A stretch of DNA of 32,000 nt from Zygophlyctis sp. KS116 (lineage: Eukaryota > Fungi > Chytridiomycota): assembly GCA_054661495.1 (NCBI GenBank), contig BAAFSQ010000078.1:1-32000 (forward strand). The letters are read 5' to 3'. The position numbers were made by a program, and so were the translations under genes. Shown in pieces: positions 1 through 11,553 of this stretch; the stretch's first letter is position 1; each line of letters starts with the position of its first letter. The notes beneath the pieces were generated by a model that worked only from the letters and a program-made list of their open reading frames with translations, was not told where the DNA came from and did no database searches.

Positions 1-1747
1 CGTTTGAATTCGTCTGATCATTAGTGGACTTTAATCCAATAAAATCGTCATACTTTCTAAATCTTGTCTCTAGATTTTGAGTCAGTTGAGATAGGCGGTC
101 TTCATTCATTGTTAATCGGCTCTTTTGGTAAGTATGAATTTTTATACCTCGAGTATAGACATGGTCTGAGTTAAAATATCCATTTGACGAACAATATGTT
201 GTAGGGAAGTAGCAATTTGATCCGGAATGGTTCGAACTTCTAGATGTTGCCTATGAGCTTCATTTTTGTTTGAAGTTTTTTCAGAAGAATTTGATATCTT
301 TAAATTATTTACAGCTTCTTCCATATCTTCGACGTGCTCCTAACATGATTATATCTAGTATTATCATACACTTCTACCAAAAATGGCACTTCCTATGTTA
401 ACTATTTCAGGGCTCGCCTTTCCAGAGGCTGCAGGACCCACTAGACCTGCTGCTATATTTTTCTTATTAGTCTCAAGACCTCTTGGACCATTTTTGATTG
501 GTGGCTCAACTGCTACAGAAGGTCTATTCCTTGCAGACTGTGGCACGGCATTTGCGATTTCTGTGTGCATGGCATGGGTTGAGTGCGCAAAGGCAGACTT
601 TGGAGCTATAAATATTAAATCTTGGGATTTACCTTTCTTTATTTCGTGGTGATTTTCATCCAGTTCATTAAAATTAGATTTCCAAACCATTACTTGAGAG
701 TCACTACCTCCCGTAGCAAAATAAGAACCATCAGGAGAAAATGTAGCAGCTGTAGTAGGTCCTTGTTTATGTCCATGAAGAGTATAAAAAATATGTCCTT
801 CTTTAAGATCCCAAATCTAATATATAAATTCCAAGTTAACTAACCTTGACTACACCATCCATTCCTGTACTTATCAACCACTCCCCAGCCAAACCTCCAA
901 ATGATATACTATTAACTCCACCCATTGGATTTTCACCGGAAGATGTAAGAGGCCCATGTGCATCACCATAATGCTGTATTAACTTGTGCGTTCTTAAATC
1001 GAAAAGTTTAATAGAACGATCCGTAGAAGCAGTTGCAATAATAGTACCGGCTGGATGAAAGGCAACACTTGTAACCATTCTATTTTTTATATGGTAAAAT
1101 GATTACCCTGTATGATCCCAATAAGTTTTAATGCACGACTTGGAACTTAAATCCCATAATTTAACAGTTTTATCATCTGATCCAGACACAATAAGCCTAG
1201 AATCTGGAGAAAACTTTGCTGATCTAACCCAATTCATATGACCAGCAAGAGTATACTGAAAGCGAGTCCTTGGTACTGCCCATAACTGATACTTTTAGAT
1301 TGAATTAAATTACTTTAATACTTTTATCATCTGAACAAGTGAGTAATGCTTCTCCATCTCTAGAGAACTGAACTTCACGAATTGTTGAAGTATGCCCTTT
1401 AAATACTGTAACGTCTCCCTTTACATTTGGAGTCCATAATCGGACAGTCTGGTCTCGTGAAGATGATGCCAATAAATGACCAGACGGTGAAAAATCAACA
1501 CTTGTAACTGGTGCCTATATGATTAAACATCAATATTCACCTTGTGCCCAACAAATCTAAAAGCTCGAAGTTGCGGTTTAAAATTCCAAATCATTACAGC
1601 GTTATCCATTGATGATGATGCTAGTTGGGACATTGAAGGCTTGAAAGAAAGACCGGTAACTACATCTTTATGCCCCCTAAAAGACCTTTCCAGAGTTGGA
1701 TCTTGTGCCTGTAAACAACTCTAGTATTAAAGTAATTTATATACCAT
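1..1747 (-). CDS. POC1: POC1 centriolar WD40 protein; 3' end runs off the window start
   Basis: Spliced translation reads ..[26 protein letters not shown]|[27 protein letters not shown], with WD40 repeats and the C-terminal Poc1 coiled coil ([19 protein letters not shown]|[10 protein letters not shown]). Introns: 1721-1744 (or 1709-1744), 1515-1540, 1286-1313, 1080-1106, 817-844, 340-369, 122-147. Confidence 0.93.
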
Positions 1748-2094
1748 TTCCGATAGGTCAAAACGCGCTTAAACAACCATACTTGGTCTTGAAAGAGCAT
1801 AGTCTTGGCAACAATGGGATCATTCATACAGGGACTATTAAAGATCATTGTAAAAATTTAGAAAACAAGAATCTCAAGGAAATATTAAAATTATTAATGA
1901 TTTAGTGCATGCTAATTTTAAAATTAACCTTATGAAAAATCATGATTACCCTTGGCCAATTCTGATGTCAACAAATGAAGATAAATAGACTGGAGGATAA
2001 AGTCATGATGATATATAGGTTTAGAAATGCATATTTATTCGCCCCTTTACAATTGTGGGCTAATGATTGTAATTCCAAAACCATTCTGAACTTT

Positions 2095-2759
2095 TTAATT
2101 CCATTCAGGACTTAGAATCACACCTGCTACAACTACCATTGCAGCAGATGCACCGACTGCAGCACTTTTAAGCCAACTCCCTTTAAGTTTTTTTTGAGTT
2201 GTTTGAATTTCTTTAATCTGAAGAGATAAATCATGAACGGAAACTTCTAAATCTGTTAATTGACTTGTAAATGCATCTAAATGAGAGTCAACATCATCAG
2301 CAAACAGAGCTATTTCATCCCATTTTCTCTTTGTTCCCCTTTTAAGATCATCTAATCCCTTTTCAGATTCTTTTTTCCCGGCAGATAATACATCAATTTC
2401 TGAAGAACAAGAGTCAAGACGACTTTTAAGATTTGCAATAGATTGATTTGATTTCTTGATTTCATCTGAATTCGAAACCGTCAATTTATTGTTGGATTTT
2501 ATGACCGATTCCAATGATGAAAGCTGTAATACAGGAATCTTTAGAGATTCAATCTTTTTATCAATGGTCAAGAGTTTGGCTTCAATATCCTTATCAATAA
2601 TCGTCTAAAATTAAGATTATTAAACTACATCTTTCAATTTAGATCTCGATTTGAATGCCTCTAACCCATGTTTAGAATTGAGATATGCTGTTATTGGCAA
2701 TCCGGCAACTACTTTTAGCAATAATAAATACCAGAATCTTGACTGTCCGAATTTATCAT
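2095..2759 (-). CDS. Uncharacterised coiled-coil protein with C-terminal hydrophobic tail anchor
   Basis: ATG at 2759 joins ORF 2095..2571 in frame via GT-AG introns 2709-2731 (23 nt) and 2605-2628 (24 nt). Heptad-rich body, a basic GTKRKW motif, and a hydrophobic end (SAAVGASAAMVVVAGVIL-SPEWN). Confidence 0.75.
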
Positions 2760-2784
2760 CTGAGCGGAAATTTAAGATTTTAGA

Positions 2785-3514
2785 ATGTTATTTTGGATTT
2801 CTCTGACTATTCTCTTGATCGGCTTATACTTTTACCATATTGATCGTTTGCCGTTTGAGGTACCAGCCGGATCTGCAGTTTTACTAGTTATCGCTCATCC
2901 AGACGATGAAGCAATGTTCTTTGGCCCAACATTACGTGCTCTTTCTAAAAAGGGAATTCCAGTTCAAGTCTTGTGCCTTTCTAATGGTAATGCTGATGGT
3001 CTTGGAAAGATTAGAGAAAAGGAATTAGCGGCTAGTTTAACAACTCTTGGAATTTCCAATCATTACATCGTACATGATGAGTATTATTAGTATTAATTTT
3101 AGAGATATTAAAGACGGATTTCACTTATGGGATCCTGCAATTGTTGAAAACCATATTGATACTTTTTTGGGTAAATTCCCTTGTCATAGTATACTTACGT
3201 TTGATGATTATGGAGTTTCAGGACATCCAAATCATAAATCATTATATCATGGAACAAATTCTTTTCTAAATTCTAATCCAAATATTCATGGATGGTCTCT
3301 AGTTTCAACTTCAGTATTTAGAAAGTTTACTTTTTTTCTAGATATAATACCATCAGTCATGTCTCAAAATCCTCTAGTATTATCTACAGTACAAGATTAC
3401 TTTAGTATTAGATCTGCAATGAAAAATCATGCGAGTCAATTAGTATGGTATCGAATGATTTACATATTGTTTTCAAGATACATGTATATGAATGATTGGA
3501 AGAGAATCAACTAG
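2785..3514 (+). CDS. PIGL: N-acetylglucosaminyl-phosphatidylinositol de-N-acetylase (PIG-L/GPI12)
   Basis: N-terminal TM segment; motifs AHPDDEAMFF, CLSNGNADGLGKIREKEL, TFDDYGVSGHPNH and HASQLVWYR..FSRYMYMND. One 22-nt intron (3081-3102) joins the two ORFs. Confidence 0.95.
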
Positions 3515-3824
3515 TACTTTGTCTGTACATGGAAGTATCAATTTGCTTTTCACCACAAATTGCACAAACTCCTTTTTTGTAAGCGCATGATTGACAGACT
3601 GTAGCATTTGTTTGATGAATTTGACTAGAACAAAATTTACACTTCTTTCCGTACGGAACAAACTTTGATTTTCCTTTTAGAGCTTTATTCTCATTGATTT
3701 TCCTTCCTTGAGATCCAGAGGTTGAATTTCTAGATCCGTCTCTCCAAATATCAGGAGTAATTAGAGTTCCTATACTTAGTATTAGACAAATACCCAATTT
3801 CTTTTCACATTTCTTGCACACCAT
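3507..3824 (-). CDS. CRIPT: Cysteine-rich PDZ-binding protein CRIPT
   Basis: MVCKKCEKKLG|TLITPDIWRDGSRN..GRKINENKAL..CKFC..CQSCAYKKGVCAICG matches CRIPT. An in-frame 24-nt intron (3770-3793) removes the extra ICLILSIG seen in the ORF track. Conserved start ATG at 3824. Confidence 0.93.
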   Translation of the reverse strand: MVCKKCEKKLGICLILSIGTLITPDIWRDGSRNSTSGSQGRKINENKALKGKSKFVPYGKKCKFCSSQIHQTNATVCQSCAYKKGVCAICGEKQIDTSMYRQSTS

Positions 3825-3859
3825 TTGCTGTAATATTTTAGGTTCTTGTCGAGGTTTCT

Positions 3860-3999
3860 TATCAGTTGTCCATGGTCCGCTGTCCGCTGTCTGTTGTCCG
3901 CTGTCTGTTGTCCGCTGTCCATTGTCCCTGGTCTGTTGTCCGTGGTCTGTTGTCCGTGGTCTGTTGTCCGCTGTCCATTGTCCATTGTCCGTGGTCAGT
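3860..3999. repeat. Heptamer minisatellite, consensus KGTCYRY: 19 units plus one degenerate unit
   Basis: 3867-3999 parses exactly into 7-mers: tgtccat ggtccgc tgtccgc tgtctgt tgtccgc tgtctgt tgtccgc tgtccat tgtccct ggtctgt tgtccgt ggtctgt tgtccgt ggtctgt tgtccgc tgtccat tgtccat tgtccgt ggtcagt. GC is 76/133 (57%). It is preceded by the degenerate unit tatcagt. Confidence 0.97.
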
Positions 4000-4082
4000 A
4001 AGTAGTGGACACTAGGAAAAAATAAATTTAACACAAAACTATATTTTATCGACATTTACTCTTGAATTGAATCATCTACTAT

Positions 4083-4394
4083 TTATAAACCAAGATTACC
4101 TAGAATATTTGCAAATTTATTGTATAATTCACATAATTCAAATATTTTGTCTTGTAGTCTGAAAGAATATTGAGAAATTTCATCATCCAATTTCATGTTT
4201 TTTATTTTTTCCAAATTGACTAGAAACTCATTTATAGTTTTTTGAGTCTGAAATTTGGCTGTTGGGATTTGAATTGGTTCTTTTACAGAATTAGAAGGAC
4301 CGCTCTTGTTTTTCATTGATTCAAGAATTAATGCTGCATGCTCTGATAAGAGATTCTCTAGAGATTTTTTGGGTTTCTTGAGTTTCTTTGTCAT
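4083..4394 (-). CDS. Hypothetical ~103-aa protein with basic N-terminus
   Basis: Intronless ORF from ATG 4394 (MTKKLKKPKKSLENLL...) filling the gap between the repeat and the next gene. No family recognised. Confidence 0.6.
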   Translation of the reverse strand: MTKKLKKPKKSLENLLSEHAALILESMKNKSGPSNSVKEPIQIPTAKFQTQKTINEFLVNLEKIKNMKLDDEISQYSFRLQDKIFELCELYNKFANILGNLGL

Positions 4395-4594
4395 ATCGCG
4401 ATTTATAAACTGATGGTGTGTTCTAGATGTACGTGTGTCGACTTTACAATCTGTGGCCAATGATGTTTTTTTTGATTTTTACAAGTAATAACTTGGGAAT
4501 GGATCGATCGGTACATGATGGTACATGTTGGATTGATATCTAGAATAGTAAGTGGTAAATTCAAGTGTCGGACAAGATGAGTTTAATTTTCTGA

Positions 4595-5666
<1,072 letters not shown>

Positions 5667-5679
5667 AATTACAATACTT

Positions 5680-7810
5680 TCATCTAGCAGAAGTAGACAT
5701 GGTAGCTCTTTCAGAGAAAAGTTTTTGAATAGAATCCATTACTGTTATGTCTTCAATTGTGGGAGGTATCATTACTTTCTCTTGATTCACTACATTTCGA
5801 AGTGATTTCCTCAATATCTTTCCCGATCGAGTTTTTGGAAGTTTGGAAACAAAATGAATTTCAGAACTTCTTATAGTTGCTATAGGCCCAATATCCTGCC
5901 GGATTTTTGCAACAATTTCGCTGCTCAATTGTTTGAATTGGTTCAATTGTTTGAATTGATCACATCCGATCGTGTTTTTAACCACAATAAAGCACAAAGG
6001 CCTTTCTCCTTTGATATCGTCTTTAATTCCAATCACACAACACTCAGCTACACTTGAATGTGAGGATATACATGCTTCCATAGTACCTGTACTCAGACGA
6101 TGCCCTGCTACGTTTATTACATCGTCTACCCGTCCCATTACTGAAACAAATCCATCAGAATCTACAAATCCAGCATCTGCAGTGTCATAAAGTCCAGGAA
6201 ATCGTTCATAATATGCGCTAGATATTCTTGAGCGATTTTCATCGTCTGATAAGGATCTAAAAGCACCAGGCGCTAATGGTAATTTCAAAACAAGATTTCC
6301 AAGGACGTTTTCAGGAGCAGGGATCCATTTAATGTTCTCAACATCATTTTCTTCATGATGTTTATCTGGCATCAAAACCTGTAAATTAGACCCTGGGATA
6401 GGCAATCCACACGATCCAACCTTTGATGATGGAAAAATAGGGGTATTTCGGTCCTCCACATCTAGATATCGCTTCAGTCCTATAGCCGTACCTGTAGTTG
6501 GCCATCCCATCTGAAACTTTAGTTAAACTTAATTATACCTCTGTGCTCCACCAATGGTCTAAAACTTCAACATGCTTTCCGCCTGTAAATTTATGCATCA
6601 TTTTTTGGCACCAATTAATAGAGTCTGGATCACATCTCTCTCCCGCCAAAAAAACTGATTCCAAAACATTTGAATACCCATGTTTTGAAACCAATAATCC
6701 ATCAGGATCTTCTTTTTTAATAGCTCTCAAAGCAGTTGGAGCACAGAAAAATGTTTTAACATTATGTTGTGCCATGACTCGGAAAAATACAGACGAGTCA
6801 GGCTGTCCAACAGGCTTCCCTTCAAAAAGAATTGTGGTAGCACCCCGGATTAGAGGTCCATATACGATAAAACTATGACCAACAACCCATCCTACATCAC
6901 TTGCAGACCAAATTGTATCCCCCTTATCTATATCATACACATTTTTAGTGGCCCAAGACAATCCAACTGCATAAGGACCAGTTTGTCTTACAATACCTTT
7001 TGGTATTCCTGTTGAGCCTGAAGTATGTAAGATATACAGAGGGTGATTATTTTTAACCATTGTGCAGTGAGATCCAGGATGCTCCAAGCTAGAATCTCTT
7101 AAAAGACCATGCTCCTTTTTATAATTCTTTTCTTCTGCTTGCCACTGACGAAAATCTTTGAAATTTAAACTTGATTCTTTTCCAAACCTTTCCAAATCTC
7201 TATCAAAAACCAATGTGAAACTTGGCTTATAGGAAGATAATTCAATTGCATTATTTACCAATTGAAGATAATCAATCTGCTTTCCAATTTCTAAGCCATA
7301 ACTTGCAGTTAAAATCACGTCCGAACGACTATCCTGTAATCGAATAGCTAATTCCGGAGCGGCAAACCCTCCAAACACTACAACATGAGTTGCGCCTATT
7401 CTAGCACATGCAAGCATTGCAATAACCGCTTGAGGTATCGCTGGTATATAAATCAATACTTTTGATGATGATGATATTCCATTACTCCGTAGATACCCCC
7501 CCAACAGTTTAACTGATTCCAGCAATTTTTCAAATGACAGCTTAGTAATTGAATTTGTAGCAGGAGAATCATGAATAAGAGCGATCTTCTTACCCAATCC
7601 ATTTTCTACATGTCGATCTAATGCATTATATGCCATATTAATCTCTGCTCCTGCAAACCATTCATCCTTTTCACGGGAATATACTTGATCAAACGGCGTA
7701 TTCCAATTGATTTCCTTGGCTGCTGATCCCCAGAATTCAAGCGGTTTAGAAAGACTAGCAGCATGAAGAGTCTTTTGCAAATCAAACAACTTGTGATATC
7801 TTTTAATCAT
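5680..7810 (-). CDS. ACSS3: Short-chain acyl-CoA synthetase (ACSS3 / propionate-CoA ligase-like)
   Basis: Motifs HPLYILHTSGSTGIPKG, SDVGWVVGHSFIVYGPL, FLAGERCDP, DHWWSTE|MGWP, GRVDDVINVAGHRLSTG, LPKTRSGKILR. Single 28-nt intron 6511-6538. Confidence 0.9.
5925..5958. repeat. In-frame tandem duplication with 18-nt period inside the ligase gene (QFKQL-N-QFKQL)
   Basis: tcaattgtttgaattg occurs at 5925-5940 and 5943-5958. Confidence 0.85.
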
Positions 7811-7868
7811 TCCTAAACTTTGTATCGTAGGGCAGTTGCAGTTAATTAAAAGTCGCCTCCGACTGTAA

Positions 7869-9568
7869 ATGATATCCTCAGCATCTCAACTGAAATCCCC
7901 AAAAATGAATGCATCACTTGCAGACTCATTGGGGATCCCTGTAAATGAATCGTTAAAGACCAAAATCCCACTGCGACAAATTGTACAATTTGCCGAACGT
8001 CTACAAGCTCAAAATTTGGAAGTAATAATGTTTATTCTTAATGATCAAGGGGAAAGCCGAGCTTCAAAAATTGAAGGAAGAGAATATTATATTAAAAAAT
8101 CAATGTAAAGACTATAATGCGGTAAGATTGGATTACGTGTAATCTGATAAGATGAAGGCAGAAATTGACCAACTGCATAAAAAATTAAGAGAATTTGAAG
8201 ATCTCAAGGCTGCGATTCAAATAGTAATTATTTTTGGTTGATCTATAGTTGAAATCAGAAAAGATTTCACTTCAAGAGACTGTGGATGTCATGGCTATTC
8301 AGTTAAATTATATGCCTATTGTATACTTTACAGATTTTGATTATTTAGCTTCAACATGAACTTAAATGCGAAGGAGAAGAAAATCAGTTGCTAGGGAGTA
8401 AAATTGATGATATGAAATTGGTATGTTGTATTCTTGTCATGAAAAAGATGAATCAAAAGTTACAGGACCGTGTAAAAGAGATGGAAGATTCTGCGAATGC
8501 GTTTGATGTTCGGCTTGATGGACAACTCCGGACTGTAAATAGGCTTTCAAAAGAAAACGCTGAATTAAAAAAGATTAATGAAGATTTGGGAACGAAATTG
8601 GAATTGGTATAAAGTCTAGTTTAATGTATTCTAGTTTTTAAATGATCAGCTAATCAAGGATCTTGGATACGAAGATATAGAAAAGCTTTTAAAAAAAGCT
8701 GCTCTCTTGAAAGATGTAGATCAAGAACATATATTATTTGAGAAAAAATTACTTCAACAGCTGGACAAGTTGAAAAAGGAAAACAGGAACCTGCTCACAG
8801 AAAAGATTAAGTTGGAATCAGATTTTTGGGGGAAAGACTATGAAGCATCTAGTAATGTCAAATTACTAGAGAGTGATTTATTAAAGGTGATTAGCTTAAA
8901 GATTAAGGAATCAGACTAAAAAATCATTAACTGGACTTCAATCGGATTTGGACAGTAAGTCAGAAACAATTGAAAATCTACAAATCGAGCGAAATGAGGT
9001 AAATCTGGCGTAAATAATTTTGTAGTTGAGACAAATTAAGGAGTCACTAAACAATCAAGTTTTCTCTAAATCTTGCATGATCGAGAAGATGCGCGAATCA
9101 CTTTTGAAGCTCAAGGAGAGAATAGAAAGGGATGTAATTGAACTGTCATCGATTACAAAGAATCTTTCTATCCCGGATATACCAGCTTATATTTTCAAAA
9201 ACTCTACATCAGTTCAAACATTATTTGAGGAAACAGAGACACCTGACGTCTCAAAATACCAAGAAAAAATAATGGATTTAGAAACCGAGGTCACTGCACT
9301 TTCTCTTTATGTAACAAAAATGGTATCCAGAGTAGCTGGTAACCAGAATCTACAATCAGCATTGTTTTTTGACAAGCAAAATCAGGATCTTTCGCCACCA
9401 TCGCCGGCCGAGACTGCGGATACACCTGAAGGATCTAATTCCCCCAAATCTTTTTCAAACAAGGAATTAAGTTTGGCTGATTCTAAACGTCAGCAAATCC
9501 TTAAAGGTACTACCGAATGGATCAGAGGACTAACACTGTTTAATGCAGCCCAAACAAATCCTTCCTAG
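7869..9568 (+). CDS. Uncharacterised long coiled-coil protein
   Basis: One continuous frame after removing GT-AG introns 8022-8049, 8122-8151, 8224-8248, 8321-8348, 8421-8447 (probable, in-frame), 8607-8634, 8887-8914 and 8999-9025. K/E/L-rich heptads. Confidence 0.8.
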
Positions 9569-9629
9569 CATAAAACTTTCAAATGTTTTTTATGAAATAT
9601 TATTTTTTAAATGCTTATTATTAACTGAT

Positions 9630-10283
9630 TTAATCCATCAAATACAATACCGGATGAGAGTTTTCCATGTAATCTTTTCCTCCACTTAACCACTGTCCCC
9701 ATTTTACTCTTGGAGTAACTTTGTCCAACTGTCTTTCATTCTTTTCCATACCCATTACAGCCACATGCCTTGTTCCTTTTATCCCAAAATCTATTCTTCC
9801 ATCTCTAGCTGAAACTATTACATCTTTCAACTTCATCCTTGAACCATCTGTTCTGTTATAGACTCGAATCCGTGAATCCTCCCAATTCCGTTCTTCATCT
9901 TCATCATCAACTGTCCAGCAAGGAATATAATCAATTTCTAAAAATATAGAGGCGGCAACTCTATGATGCCCATCCAAGATAACCCGTGGGGCTGATAGAG
10001 TTATAACGGGAATTGGCACTAATTCATAAAGCGGTAGAGTTTGTAAATGTTCAATCAAGTTTTGTAAATGAGGGGCAGATGTATGTTCATGCGGAATCAG
10101 TTTTTTGGGATCAACCCAACGAATTTGAGGATGCGGTAATTCCTCAAATGGATCCTTAAATTACATTAAAACAAATACCTGAATTAGATCTCCATAACTA
10201 GCAAGTAAACCGACTTTAGTTCCATCTTGAATAATCAATGGCAATCGGCATAGAATGTAGAGAATTAAAATATAGTGGTTCAT
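9630..10283 (-). CDS. ParB/sulfiredoxin N-terminal-fold protein of DGHHR type; start codon uncertain
   Basis: IRWVDPKKLIPHE...PIPVIT..RVILDGHHRVAASIFLEIDYIPCWTVD...KDVIVSARDG..KGTRH. One 24-nt intron (10155-10178). The only in-frame upstream ATG without invoking another intron is at 10283. Confidence 0.8.
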
Positions 10284-10288
10284 AAATC

Positions 10289-11545
10289 CTAGAAATTTAT
10301 TAGATTTTCCAAGGCTTTGCGTGCTGTGGAAACTGAGCATTGATCTTGTCCGAAACAGACTGTTAAATTCAAAATCTGTCCATTATAAATCATTCTTAAA
10401 ATAGTTGATTCATCATTCTTTGAATCTCTAACCCATGTTTCAATCATCAATGAAGAAATATAAGGAGGCCAAAACTGATGATGAGTAGAAAATATTGATA
10501 ACAAAGACATTAAATTTGTATCATGTACAGAGTAAAATCTAATAGGATATTCAGAATGCATTGAATTATCCAATATCTCTTTGAGAATTTCAGACATTCT
10601 TAATCTAGTTTCTTCAATTCTCGATGAATTAAATTCAAATATTGACCACCATTCTGCCATTTTATAGACTTGAGTCTTTTTTTCTAGAGATACGCATTCA
10701 TGAGTTCCACAGATACCAGATTGTCCATGGCACTCTCGACATCTAAATTGATCAAAGTAATGATTAATTCCTAAATCACTGTTTGTAATTCTATCTAGTT
10801 CTAATTTTAGAACTTGAGATGTTTTTATATAGTCTGTGTATTGTGTTGATTTTGAACGTGCAGAGTCATAAATGTGTGCATATCTATCATTTTTACCATT
10901 ATGACGATCAAATCTTAAATGCAGAGAATCAACCAATGCAGGCCTAACATGAATAGGAATATCATCTGATGAATTTGGGAAGAATCCTTGTAAGACATAT
11001 TTAGCAGTTTCAATAGTCCGAGGTACATCAGTTGAGCGTACAAATACTTTATCTATAGAAAGAGATTGATTGTCTTTACTAAAAATGTTTCTATATATTT
11101 TAGCCAATTCCTTTCCCAAAGTTTGAGACTGTTTGCGGCCTAATGATGTGAGTTGACCAAAGTTGCAGCTTCCTGCCCACATTCTTGAGCCGTGGGGAAT
11201 TGAGATTTTAATCCGTGATTTACTATATGACTCTGCCGTTTCATCTGCGCATTGATAAATTCCACTATCGCTTACAAGAGAGTGAATGGGTGTCCGATCA
11301 CCATGCCGATGGAATATCTGAACGGATTGAAGTTTTGCTTGAGGAATCTATTATAAGACTATATTTTGTACAGTTGAATAAGTAGTTTCACTTGGCATAT
11401 CTGCCTGGCAATAATTATAACCATCTGTTGAGGGAAGAATTATATCATTCCATGGGTGGACCTCATAGTGTCTCCAATGACTTTGCAAATGGATGAATAC
11501 AAGACAAATAAAATGAATTATCTGTTTACCCGTTAAAGTAGTCAT
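10289..11545 (-). CDS. Histidine acid phosphatase (His_Phos_2 family)
   Basis: After a 24-nt intron (11348-11371) the frame reads VQIFHRHGDRTP, then GQLTSLG, VRSTDVPRTIETA and YSVHDTN. Hydrophobic N-terminal segment. Confidence 0.92.
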
Positions 11546-11553
11546 TTACTTTA

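Noticed and set aside
1798-1812. RFX X-box upstream of POC1 (GTTGCCAAGAC on the - strand)
   Set aside because: Only one half-site matches, and I saw no equivalent upstream of CFAP47.
1813-1990. Small spliced gene or second snoRNA in the POC1 upstream gap
   Set aside because: The models I tried give under 45 aa with no motif, and the C box is imperfect with a mismatched guide.
3860-3999. CRISPR array or telomeric repeat
   Set aside because: Contiguous 7-nt units with no unique spacers, no cas genes, an internal location and no G-run telomere motif.
3782-4055. ORFs 3782..3985 (-) and 3814..4005 (+), and the 77-aa CRIPT N-terminal extension, as proteins
   Set aside because: They arise from the stop-poor repeat, and homology starts at MVCKKC. 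The extension is kept only as a hypothesis in the findings.
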